DNA from: Carcharhinus amblyrhynchos
Lineage: Eukaryota
DNA length: 64,000 nucleotides
Direction of reading: 5' to 3'
Assembly: GCA_965287045.1 (NCBI GenBank)
Contig: OZ336885.1
Coordinates: forward strand, 45,198,001 to 45,262,000
This document shows positions 51,805 to 64,000 of this stretch, one piece after another; positions within the stretch are counted from its first letter, which is position 1; each line of letters starts with the position of its first letter. A program made the position numbers and the translations under genes. Under the pieces are notes generated by a model that saw only the letters and a program-made list of their open reading frames with translations, did no database searches and was not told where the DNA came from.

Positions 51805-52416
51805 TACAAGAGAACAAATACAAAGAATTTTCCCAGGACTCTGCTGATCCTACAGTCAGCTGCTAGGATGTGAAAACACACCACAGTTAAAATTACAAAC
51901 CTTTAACCTTTCTGCACTTATGGGGGTGAGGGGCAATGCTAAACATATACACAATTGTAAAGGAAACAAGTTATATGTAATAAATCCTTTAACAAATTCT
52001 TGTTTATTTCACTGCCAACAAATTATTTCTGAAGTGCAACCATTGTTACTTTGTAAGCAAAATAGCAACTGATTTGCACAAAGCAAAGTCCCATCAGTAG
52101 TAAATGATGTCAATAATTTAAAGATATCTTGGGTTGTTAATTGAGGGATAATTGGTCAGAGCATGCGACAAATTCCTTGCGCTTCTTTAAATAATGCCAC
52201 GGTTCCTCTATATCCAGCTAAACAGTCAGACCGGTCTTAGATACATTGTATCTGAAACATAGCATCACTAACAATGCAGCATTCTCTCAATACCCTCTTA
52301 AGTATCATCTTAGATTCTAAGTGTACTTACGTTCTATTGTTCAATACAATTTGGCATTTTTTATTGCATGTCTGTTCTTAACATCTCAATGCATATCATA
52401 ATAAATTGGCACTTAC

Positions 52417-52500
52417 CTGAATGTGGTGACCTTCAGGGACAACAACATATTCCTGTGGAACTAGGTGTTGCACACCTTCCTGTGAAATGATGTATTGCAC
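52417..52500 (-). CDS. ZNF335: ZNF335 exon ([28 protein letters not shown])
   Basis: ttctctgaag acceptor and gtaagt donor; 84 nt. Nearly identical to ZNF335 [28 protein letters not shown]. Confidence 0.97.
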
Positions 52501-53289
52501 CTTCAGAGAAAGAACATTTTCTAAGAGTTAGGAAAGAATAGCTATGAGAGAAAAAGAACTATTTCAGCTATTTCTGAAATAAAAATCTTCCAGAACTATA
52601 AATGAATCTTACTTTTAACCCAATTTTAAACCTAGTTTGTACACTCCATGGAAGACATTGCTACATAGTAATTCAAGATGATGCTAATCTTCAAGTATTC
52701 CCATTTCTAATTGGAAAATCTCAATTCCATCATAGATCCAATGTAAATGAACAGTACTTTAAGAAGCATTTAATGTCACCAAATTGAAATAAAGGTGTCT
52801 CCTCCTACTGCCAGAGAAGCTTTCCCTTTCCTTACACAAGACGGATTAGAGGTCATTTTTTACTTCTGTTGCTGGACAATAAGCAGGTGACAGCGAATTA
52901 TCAACCTATTTTTCAGCTCACCCAATTCCTTTTCTGCTAACTTGTATTCCATAAACTGACTGTACCATACACAAAAATCAGAACTTGGCAACCCTCCCTT
53001 CAGTTTTCACTTTCCACATTGAGATCCCCAGGTTTAGCAGAACAACGATCCAGAACACAAATCAGCATTTCATCATTTTGAAAGACTCTACAGTCTGAAC
53101 TTGCTGAACCCAGATATTTGTCATGCTTTCAGGGTCAAGGAATGCTCTGCTAAGTGAGCATGTGACTCAAGTTGTGCCCTTACATATACACACTATTTGG
53201 TGATGATGTACTTCCAACATTAATCCTGCTGTTACTTGCTCACTGAAAATGAGATGAGTTTCCTCGTGTTAGCAGAAGTTCAGTCATGA

Positions 53290-55925
53290 AGTTACCCAGT
53301 CTTGTACAGACAAGGCAAGCAACAGCCTGACACAGTCATTCTCAGAGAATCATACCTTACAGAAAATGGCCCAGATGCCACCATCACTATTCCTGTATGT
53401 TCTGTCTCATTGACAGGACAAACCCAGCAATGGTGGTGGCAAAGTGGTATCACAGTAGGAAGGAAATGGTCCTGGAGTCCCCAACATCAATTATAGACCC
53501 CATGAAGTCTCATGGCACCAGATCTAACATGGGCAGGGACATCTGCTGATGTCGCCCCCTCACCCTCAGCTGACGTATCAATACTCCTTCATGTTGAACA
53601 ACACTTGGAGGAAGCACCGAAGGTGGCAAGGACACAGAATATACTCTGGATGGGAAAATTTAAATATCCATTACCAACAGTGATTCGGTAGTACCACCAC
53701 AGATTGGGTCCTAAAGGAAATAGCTGCTAGGTTGGGACTGCGGCAAGTGGTGAGCAACCAAGAGGGAAAAACATTCCTGACCACCTGCCTACCGCTAATG
53801 CGTCTGATGCATCTGTCCATGACAGTATCAGTAGGAGTAACCACCGCACAGGACTTGAAGACAGAAGTCCTGTCTCCACATTGAGGATACTGTTTAGGTG
53901 TTGTATGGCATTACCATTATGCTAAATGGGATAAGACTTCAAATGGATGCATCTTGTAGATAGTTCACATAACTGCCACTGTTTATCAGTAGTGGAGAGA
54001 TTGAATGTTTGTGGAAGGGTAGCTATCAAGTGGGCTGTTCTGTCCTGGATGGTGTGGAACTTTGAGTGTTGTTACAGCTCCCCTCATCCAGACAAGTGGA
54101 GAGTATTCCATCACACTCCTGAATTGTGCGTTGTAGATGTGGACAGACTTGAGGGATTAGGAAATGAGTTACTTGCCACAGGGTTTAGCCTTTGTCCTGT
54201 TGTGGTATCCACAGTATTTATATGGTTAATCTAGTTCCGTTTCTGATCAACGGTAACCTTCAGGACATTGCTGAATCCTGCACGAGCAATGGTAATGCCA
54301 CTGAACGTCAAGAGGTGATGGTCAGATCCTCTCTTATTAGAGATAGTCATTGCCACACTCAGCAAACTCTGTTCATGGGTGCTAAGTGTCACTTGATCAG
54401 AGAAACTCAAGATTGGGCATCCAAGAGGTACTGTGGGTATGCTCAGCAGTAGAATTGTACTCAACCACAATCTAACTTCATGGTCTGGGCATATTCCTCA
54501 CTATACCCTTGCCAACAAGCTAGGGACCAACCCTAGTTTAATGAAGAATGCAGGAGGGTACGCCAGGCACCAGGTTGAAGCTATATCAGTACAAGTGTGC
54601 CAAACAGCAAGTAACAGACAGAGGTAAGCAATTCCACAGCTAACTGATCGGATCCAAGTTCTGTAGTCCCACCACATCCAGATGTGAATGGTGGTAGACA
54701 ATTAAACAATTTGCTGGAGAAGGCAGTCCACAAATACCCGCATCCTCAATGATGAAGGAGCCCACCACATCTCTGTGCAAAAGATAAGGTTGAAGCATTT
54801 GCAACAATCTTCAACCAGAAGTGTCAAGAGCATGATTCATCCTAGTCTCCTCTGGAGGTCCCCAACATCAGAGGCCAATTTGATTTATTCCATGTGATAT
54901 CAAGAAATGGCTGAAGGCAGTGGAAACCGCAAAGGCTATGGGCCCTGACAATATTCTAGCAATAGTATTGAAGACTTGTGCTCCAGAACTTACCATGCCC
55001 CTACGCAAGTTGTTCCAATACAACTACAACACTGGTATCTATGTGGCAATATGGAAAATTTCCCAAATATGTCCTGTACACAAAAACATAGGAGAAATCC
55101 AACCTGGCCAATTACCACCCCATCAGTCTGCTCTCGATCATTAGCAAAGTGATAGAAGGGATCATTAACGGTGCTATCAAGCGATACTTACTCAGCACCC
55201 ACGAACAGAGTTTGCTAAGTTTGGCAATGACTAATGAGAGAGGATCTAACCATCACCTCTTGACGTTCAATGGCATTAGCATTGCTGAATCCTGCACTAG
55301 CAATGTCCTGAAGGTTACCATTGATCAGAAACGGAACTAGATTAACCATATAAATACTGTGGATACCACAACAGGACAAAGGCTAAATCCTGTGTCAAGT
55401 AACTCATTTCCTAATCCTTCCAAAGTCTGTCCACATCTACAACGCACAATTCAGGAGTGTGATGGAATACTCCCTACTTATCTGGATGAGGGGAGCTGTA
55501 ACAACACTCAAAATTCCACACCATCCAGGACAAAACAGCCCACTTGATAGCTACCCTTCCACAAACATTCAATCCCTCCACTACTGATAAACAGTGGCAG
55601 TTATGTGCACTATCTACAAGATGCATTGCAGGAACTCACCAAGATTCCTTAGGCAGCATCTCCCAAACCCATCTCATTTTCAGTGAGCAAACTACTACGC
55701 AGACAGACAGTGGCAAATACCTGGGAACACACCACCTGGAGGCTCCACTTGAAGTTACTCACCATCCTATATAATTGCTGCTCCTTCACTGTTGAAGTGT
55801 CACAACGTTGGAATTATCTCCCTAACAAGTATACCTACACCTCAGGAACCGCTGCGGTTCAAGAAGCCAGCTCACCACAGCTACTGAAGGGAAACTATGG
55901 ATGGTCATTAGATGCTAGCTAAGCC
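53290..55925 (+). mobile_element. Degenerate L2/CR1-group LINE (endonuclease to 3'UTR, RT core deleted) containing an inverted copy of its own 3' part
   Basis: QQPDTVILRESYL (endonuclease) and KAMGPDNILAIVLKTCAPEL..PL.KLFQYNYNTG. Segment 53947-54397 is the reverse complement of 55176-55626. Confidence 0.88.
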
Positions 55926-57633
55926 AACCCACATTCCGTAAATGAATTTTTAAAAAGTCGATATTAACAACACTTTTGACCTTTATAAACTGGGGAGAGG
56001 CACTTTTGAAAAAGATCAGAACACAGGCAATCAGGTAGCAGCAGGCTGGAAGTGTAGAACCTCTACCCTGTTCGGGAACAGTTTGTGTGTGTTCATGTTA
56101 AATAAAGCCCAGTGAAATATTCTTGAATCTTGCAACAACATGCTAATGAAGTTAAACTCGCCGCTTGCGATCCCAAATAAAAAAAAATACTCTGTCACTG
56201 AAAACACCTTACTTACAATTAACTTGATCTGCTTTTGGACAGTTTAAGATACGAACTTAAAATCATGGATATACACATTACAAATCACTGAGGAGTTTCA
56301 ATGTCACACATTCAGGTCCTGTCACTGCACCAGCAGGTACTGGACAGCAGGTATCAACTCCATAAGTAACTAGATTGCTTAGGGGATTGACATCATGGAA
56401 TGCGAGCAGCATCTATGATCTGTGGCAGTTCTAAATTAATAACAGTTTATAATATAAAACATGTACAACAAGTTGAGCACAGCTGATGGGGCAATTATGG
56501 ATACATCACCACAATGGGAAGAACCAAAATCAAAGATTTCAGATGATGTAACACCTGGTTGATCTAAAGATCATATACATGTCCCTTGCAATTAGCACAT
56601 TTTTAAAATTCATTTTTTTTGAAAAGAAAAACAGGCTCTGGGCATTGCTGGTTCGATCAACATCTTTTACCCGTCGTTAATAGTTCTAAGATGGTGGTGA
56701 GCTGCCTTCTTGCACCGCCGACATCCAAGGTAAAAGTACACCATATGGTGTGAAGGGAGGGAGTTTCAGGCTTTTGACCCAGTGACAGTGAAGGAACGAT
56801 GACATATTTCCGAGTCAGAATGGTGAGTCACTACTGCTTAAACAAGTTTTCAATTACATTTCAATTCAACTGAGTGAGCAAGAAAGGTCATTACACATCA
56901 CTAGATAACACCCTCATATAAACACCTAGCTTTTTTCAAGTCCTTTATTACTCCAATGTGAATCAGTCAGATTTCCCAGCAGGTGAACACGACACTTAGC
57001 TAGCCCCAAAATCCATTCTGACATGTGAACGTGGATTCTAAGTGAATTCAAGTTTGCAGCAATCAATTAAAAATAACACCCTCACAAGCTTTAATAATGA
57101 ACCGCAAATAATTCTAACAATAAAAACAGGTTTCAGATCTGCAGTACCTTATCCTCCCAATCCATTAAGCTTGAACTACACCACTGAAACTATCACATTA
57201 AACATTCACTCCCTTTACCACTAATGGAGTGGCAGCACTGTGTGCCGTATAAAAGATGTATTGCAGAAATTTGCCAAACCCCCTTCAGTAGCTGCTGCCA
57301 AACCTGGAAGCTCTATCAGCTGCAAAGACAAGGGATAAGAGAACACCAGCACATGCAAGTTCCCCAAGTTGCAAACCATCCTGGCCTGGAATTATATCAT
57401 TCCTTCATGGTCACTGGGTCAAAATCCTGGAACTCCTTCCTAATAGCACTGTGTGTACCTGCACTATGGGAAGGTGGTGGTGAGCCACCTTTCTGAACAG
57501 CTGCAGTTCATCAGGTATGCATATTTTATATGTAAAGTCCAAAGCTGATCACTGATCAGTCTTTAATATATCAAAGTTCAGGGATTCTTTCAACTGACTA
57601 AAATTAAGGAATAGTAAGTTATCTAAATGTTAC

Positions 57634-57708
57634 CTGGTTGTCTGCTGTAACTAAATGTTGAACAGTCTGTCCATCAGATGTTATGTGTTGGATATATGTC
57701 GTCTCATC
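57634..57708 (-). CDS. ZNF335: ZNF335 exon ([25 protein letters not shown])
   Basis: ttcctcacccag acceptor and gtaaca donor; 75 nt. Matches [26 protein letters not shown]. Confidence 0.96.
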
Positions 57709-57839
57709 CTGGGTGAGGAAGCAGAATATGATAAACACGGTTATAAAAACAGCAGAGGAATTGAAAAGCAATTTGAAGGCAAGGTGAGAATTTACAGTCA
57801 CTTCAATTCTTAGGGTAGTGGGCAGAGTGTGTCATCTAC

Positions 57840-57937
57840 CTGGTCAGAAATGGACTGCTCCTGAGCTACTATGATATGATCCGGAGCCAATGCCTGGAAT
57901 CGGTCTGGTGAAATAACCGTTTCATCTGTCTGCAGAG
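57840..57937 (-). CDS. ZNF335: ZNF335 exon (ALQTDETVISPDRFQALAPDHIIVAQEQSISDQ)
   Basis: tgtgcag acceptor and gtagat donor; 98 nt, phase 1-0. Matches ALQ...PERLQQAL..EHIIVAQEQ. Confidence 0.94.
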
Positions 57938-59489
57938 CTGCACAGTAGGTACAAAAGAGTTTTCTCCAGTTAAGCATAGAACACTCAATCAGATTTCAAT
58001 CCTTTGATAAGTAACATGAGCTTCTAAAATTGGAAGAAACTTCGAGCAAGATCTGGAATGGAGCACACAGGACTCAGTACTGAGTAACTGCATCACAAAG
58101 AGAACTAAGAAACCACATTCAACTCTGTGCATGATCTCAGCCACAACTTATTTAGTTCAAATGTTTTACAAATCCCTTAAATAGGAACACCCCCAGGACC
58201 CCCAAAAATAAAATTAAGCAGGGTCTCCCCTGAAAAATAATCCCATCAGACAAATACAGGATTATGCTCCATTGTGATGCCAACTTCAATTAAATTTAGG
58301 TTAATTGTGAAATGTTGTTTATAGAACCAAATTCCAAGCACACAAATTAAGAGAAGTGGGAGTAGTACACAAAAATGGAATCAAGATGGAAGATCAGTTA
58401 TGATCTTATTAAATGGCAGAGTAAGCTCAAAGGACCACAAGATCTACTCCTGCTCCCATTTCTTATGTTCTTATGGAATCAGGGGGAGCAAAGTGGTGAG
58501 AAAGGAAATACAAACTGTTTCTGTCAGGTATCCATTAATACCAATCATTAACCAGCAGTTAGGTGCAGCCAGATCTCCAGAGTCTGTTACAGGCTGTGTT
58601 TAGTAATTATTTAATATACACGAGAGAATATTAAGTGAAAACTTGTTTGAACAACATTGGAGCAGCCTAAATCTTTTGCAGTACCTGCCATTGTAACATG
58701 CTAGAATGCTGTCTGCAACTAGAACATTATTTTTCAACCACTGTCATCAGACCTCTCCAGAATAGAAGAGGAAAATGTTAGCATCAAACTATCGGAGCAT
58801 CTTCAGTAAACATGAAACAAAAGAACCTTCCCCCTTCATTTTGTACTAGACACTAACTGGGAGTTAAAAGAATGTTGCACCAATTTTAAAAAGGCACAAA
58901 GTAGAGGTACTTTAGTAGATTTTTTTTCTAGCACCATCTCATGATAGCTAAAATAATCTCATATAGTGAATTATCTGTAAATATTATGGTTGCTATGTTC
59001 TGCATACAAGTCCACAAAGAGTAATGAGGTCAATGAACAATTAGACTTGATTTTGATGGTGCAATATTTCTATGTGAAGCACAGCAGCATTGGCATTAAA
59101 GACTGGGAGGAGCTTGCTACTAATCATTTGGAAAGGTGACAAATTCTACATCAAACTGTATCATACTTCCAGTCCCAATGCCTTAACGATGAGGCAAAGC
59201 AGCAACAGAAATTAAAAGGAAGCAACTTTTACAATTTGGATCCCATTGCCTCATGGGACATTGTGCCTACATGCCCAAAGAAATGCAGGTCCAGAATCAG
59301 CATATTCAGTCACATGGAAGAAACTCACAATCCTATGTTGACATCAATCTCAAATCGAGGGACGGTCATTGATTTTAAAGTGCATTGGTAACCAAAGTGT
59401 TTATTGTCCACCACTGATCCAGGGTGGGTTTCAGCTTCTCAAAAGCATATCTGTGTAAGAAGTATATTGTATCATATTGTACTGTATAG

Positions 59490-61872
59490 GTAATAGCAAG
59501 AATCCTCAATCACCTTTTCCCTGTGGCTGAAGAGCACCTCCTAGGAGTTGCAATGCAGATGCCACCCATTAAGAGGCACAATTCTTATGATCTGCATTGC
59601 ATGGCAACTACAAGAGAAAATGCAGGGAACATCCTTGCACGTGACCTACTTTGACCTCAAAGGCCTTTGAGGCTATCAACCGTAAGCATCCTCCTCCAAT
59701 TTGGCTGACCACAAGAGTTTGTCACCATCCTCCTCTGTCTGATCCACAAGCAAGTTATGATTCTGACCAACAGATCCACCACAGGCCCAATTCATGTTCG
59801 AACTGGAGTCAAGCAAGGCTGTGTCATCACACCAATGCTGTTCTAAATCTTCCTTACTGAAACGTTTCACCTCGCCTTCAGGAAGCTCCCCGCTGCAGTG
59901 GGGCTAAACTACAGAACAAATGGGAATCTGTTCAACCTCTGCTGCCTGCAGGCCACATTCAAGGTTGCCCCATCCTCCATCATTGAATTACAGTAAGCAG
60001 ACAATGCTTGCATCTGCACAGAGAGGCAGAGTTCCAAACCGTGATCATCACCTTCACTGAGGCACACAAGAGAATGAGCCTTACATTAAACATCCATAAA
60101 ACCGAGGTCTCCTTATCAACTCGCCCAACTCCCCTAACCCCAAATCACAATCCATTATGAGGCTTTGGGCAACATGACAACTTTCCATACCATGGTACCT
60201 TGGAAACCTACTGTCAACATGGGCAGACATTAACAACAACGTTCAACAGCATCTTCAGATGCCAGCACAGCCTTTGTTAACATCAGAACTTCAAATCTGG
60301 TACCAAGCTCATGATCTCCAGAGCTACAGTGATACCTGCCATCCTGTAGCTCAAAGACATGGACTATTTATAGCATAAGAACGTAAGAACTAAGAAATAG
60401 GAGCAGGAGTAGGCCATCTAGCCCTTCGAGCCTGCCCCGCCATTCAATAAGATCATGGCTGATCTGTCGTGGCTCAGTTCCACTTTCCCGCCCTCTCCCC
60501 ATAACCCTTAATCCCCTCCCTTATCAAAAACCCATCAACCCGCGTCTTAAAAATATTTAGCAAGGCAGCCTCCACCACTTCAACAGGCAGAGAATTCCAG
60601 AGATTCACCACTCTGAGTGAAGAAGTTCCTCCTCAACTCCGTTCTAAACCGCCCCCCCTTTATCTTGAGGCTGTGCCTCCTAGTCCTACTGTCTTTTTTG
60701 AGCGGGAAGAGTCTCTCCACCTCTATCCTATCCATCCCATTCATCATCTTATACGTCTCAATGAGATCTCCCCTCATTCTTCTAAACTCTAACGAGTACA
60801 AGCCTAGTTTATTCAGCCTCTCCTCATAGCTCAACCCCCTCAACTCCGGTATCAGCCTAGTAAACCTCCTCTGCACTCCCTCCAAGGCCAAAATATCTTT
60901 GCGCAGGTGCGGCGCCCAAAACTGCACACAGTACTCCAGCTGCAGCCTCACCAATGTCCTATACAGCTGCAGCAAGACCTCCCTACTTTTATATTCAATC
61001 CCCCTCGCTATGAAGGCCAGCATCCCATTCGCCTTCCTGACCACATGCTGCACCTGCAAGCTGGGTTTCTGCAACTCATGCACAAGGACCCCGAGGTCCC
61101 TCTGCACCATCGCCTGCTGCAGTTTTTCGCCCCGTAAGTAATAGTCCTTCCTACCATTATTCCTACCAAAGTGGACCACCTCACACTTGCCAACATTAAA
61201 TTCCATTTGTCATTTCCTGGCCCATTCGCCCAGCCTATCTAGATCCTTCTGCAGACTGTCCACACCCTCCGCACAATTTGCCGTTCCCCCAATCTTGGTG
61301 TCATCAGCAAATTTCGACACCCTACACTCGGTTCACTCAAAACCCTGGAGAAGTACCACTAACACTACTTCTGCAAGACCTTGCAAATTCATTGGTAGGA
61401 TAAGCGCAATGTCAGTGTTTTCGCTCCAGTTGACATTCCCAGCACTGAAGCATCGACCGTGCTTGATCATCTCTGCTGGGTAGGTCATATCACCCACATG
61501 CCTAGTATGAGATTTCCAAAACAAGCGCTCTATTCTGAGCTTTGACACAGCAAGTGAGCCCCATGTGGGCAAGCAAAATGCTTCAAGGTCACTCTCAAAG
61601 CCCCTCCTGAAAAATTGGAACCCCTGGAATCCATGGTGCAGGTGACAGAATAGCAACCAGGAAGGATCTGAACACCTTGAGTTTCATTACCAAGAATAGG
61701 TTGATGCTAATTGTCAACAATGAAAGGAATACAAGGTAACCCAGGCACCCTACCCACCCACTGTGTGCCCCACTTGTGACAGAGACTGTAACTTACACAT
61801 TGGACTCCTTAGTTACCTGAGATTTTGTGTGGAATCAAGTCATCCTCAACTCAGAGGTATTGCCTAAGATCA
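59490..61872 (+). mobile_element. Degenerate RTE-clade LINE, split by the CR1 at 60374-61334
   Basis: TGVKQGCVITPMLF motif (~59800). TWTIYS before the CR1 continues as LKTLEKYH after it. 3' end GTCATCCTCAACTCAGAGGTATTGCCTAAGA. Confidence 0.85.
60374..61334 (-). mobile_element. Young 5'-truncated CR1 LINE (near-identical to 23250-24676)
   Basis: ORF 60580..61206 is almost identical in translation to the C-terminal half of ORF 23214..24419, with the same 3'UTR and tail. Confidence 0.98.
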
Positions 61873-62734
61873 TCTTTCACTTTACATCACATCTGGGAAA
61901 TTTTACTTTTCCTTACCCAGTTGATTAAAAATCAGTACCAAGGTATAGGAGGAAAACATTGAAATAATTATGCAAAATTCACAAATCTCATTTTCATCAA
62001 CAGGTAACACTAGGAAACAATATAAGTGTGGCTCACTAGTCCAGTTGTTTGACAACTTGAATCCATGTGATACTTGAAAAATGGCCTATAGGTAAAAGGG
62101 CAAAAACTGGTAGAAAAATCAGAACTAACATTATAGTATTGCTATAAGTGAATCTGTACATTTCAAATCAAAGTAACTTATACTCTCAAGGGGCTTCAGG
62201 TTTAACTATTTAACTTGAATTTGTACTAAAATCTGCTGTGCATTCAGTTAAAAATATACTTCTGATTCAATGACTACTTTTCAGAAACCAGAATGTCACT
62301 TTTGCAGCACTTAAACAGCAAGTGTTGATACTATTACTGGCTATGGGATCACAGTGACAAGCTGCTGAGCTCAACAGCTAAAGTCACAAAGCAGAGGAAG
62401 ACCTACATTTATATACTGCCTTTCACAACCTCAGAACATCCCAAAGCACCTCACAGCCAATAAATTACTTCTGAAGTGCAACCAGTATTGTAAGCTAGGA
62501 AACTCAGCAGCCAATCTGTATAGAGTAAGCTTCTACAAACAGAAAACGTGACAATATACAGATAATCTATTTTTTTTGTGCCATTGATGTTCCATCTACA
62601 CCTTGTGGTTCAGTAAGTCCATTGGTTCAATTTCTAAAATGTAATCAAAAATACTTTGGTTATTTCTATCAGCTATTTTTTGAAAAGGGGCATGCGTGGA
62701 CTGAACAGGACTGGATGAATATCTTCTAACTTAC

Positions 62735-62850
62735 CGATTGCTTCGTCATCACTGTTCAGAATGACATGCTGCTGTCGGGCTTGCTTCTGTTGAGGGTCAG
62801 AACTGTGCAGTCGCTCAATGTGAAACTTTAGATGGCCATTTCGATTAAAC
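62735..62850 (-). CDS. ZNF335: ZNF335 exon with the second half of the last C2H2 finger (FNRNGHLKFHIERLHSSDPQQKQARQQHVILNSDDEAI)
   Basis: AG acceptor and gtaagt donor; 116 nt, phase 2-1. Matches ZNF335 RFNRNGHLKFHIQRLHS...IILNSDDE. The gene continues beyond the window. Confidence 0.96.
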
Positions 62851-63499
62851 CTTTAATGTTAAAGAAATAAATGGAACTTATGAAATATATTAATTGAAAT
62901 AGGTTCAATTGAAGATGACGTTTGAGAGAATTATGCAATAGCAATTCCTCCCAATGTACTAGCTGGTTTTGATTACTGCTTAACCCTTTGCTCAAAATTG
63001 CCTTGGAAAAGGATAGATTCCAATTTAAGATTTGCAAGTCAATAGCCTCTATTAAAAAAAATGAATATTATGGTTTATTAATCTACTCTTATTTTGATTT
63101 CCAGAGTATGGATAAATCAGAGAAAATAATTATTTGATACCAAAGTTATAACATTAACATTCCCTATGGATTTGGTGTTTTCTCACTATGTTCAGGGTTA
63201 AGATTATAAGTTTGGGGTAACAAGCGATCAGTTTATTATTAATGAACTTGTTTTTCAACTAGTTAAAGAGCCTAGGGCTCAGGAGAGGTTAGTAAAGTTT
63301 CCAGACCACGTAATAGAACAGAGTATGGAAGGCGGCAGGAATCTAACTTCTGGCAGAGTTAAAAAGGTGACAAGCATGAGAAGGGAGGTGGTCAACGCAG
63401 TGCAGAGAGATGATCTGGGAAGAATAACCAGTCTGTGACAGAAAAGGGACACAGCACGCAAACAAAGGAATGCACTAGCAAATCAGGTCCAGGTAAGAA

Positions 63500-64000
63500 A
63501 GACTAACACAAAGACACTTTGTTTTGAATGCTACATGCATTCAGGTAAAGTGAATGATTTGATGGCACAAACCAGTAAAAATGGCTATGATTTAATGGCC
63601 ATTACAGAAACGTGGTTGCAGGTGACTAGGACTGGGGACTAAAAATCCAGGGGTATCAGACAATTTGTAAGGATAGACAGGAAGGTAAAGGTGGGGTAGC
63701 TCTGTTAATTAAGGATAACATCAGGGCAGAAGTGATAGACGATATTGGCTCTAAAGGAGCAAAATGTGGAATCAATGTGGGTGGAGATAAGGAATACTAA
63801 GGGGAAAAAGTCACTGGTGGGCGTAGTCTATAGGCTCCCAAATAACAACTTCAAGGTGGGGCGGGCTATAAACAAACAAATAACAGACGCACGTAAAAAT
63901 GGAATAGCAATAATCATGAGGGATTTTAACTTCCATATTGATTGGTCAGCTCAAGTTGGATGCAGTGGACTTGAGGAAGAGTTCTTAGAATGCTATCAAG
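63500..64000 (+). mobile_element. CR1 ORF2 endonuclease region (runs off the window)
   Basis: YDLMAITETWLQ, GGVALLIKD, VESMWVEIRN, LVGVVYRLPN and IIMRDFNFHIDW motifs with frameshifts. Confidence 0.88.

Overview
This is eukaryotic, repeat-dense vertebrate DNA, most likely from an elasmobranch (shark). The basis is HE1-type V-SINEs, SacSINE1-like DeuSINEs and a CR1/Rex/RTE/Penelope/Gypsy/Harbinger repeat landscape. The only protein-coding gene I can support is the 3' end of ZNF335 on the minus strand: seven coding exons between 62850 and 46463, all GT-AG, joining in frame from the last C2H2 finger (FNRNGHLKFHIERLH) to a TAA stop. The rest is mostly nested transposable-element debris. It includes three copies of a young CR1 family, two dead Gypsy elements, an inverted solo LTR, Harbinger-type elements and a 1.1-kb C-rich tract. 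Best second-look items: (1) a ~320-nt poly(A)-tailed element with a U2 snRNA head, a second U2 stem-loop copy and twin hairpins, in a ZNF335 intron; (2) a candidate ZNF335 poison exon with strong splice sites; (3) a ~450-bp intronic inverted duplication carrying a hairpin-loop micro-inversion; (4) a CR1/V-SINE chimera with a strong splice acceptor; (5) a promoter-like motif cluster with two apparently spliced minus-strand exons of an unknown transcript. Repeat boundaries are approximate. Family assignments come from recalled motifs, not database searches.
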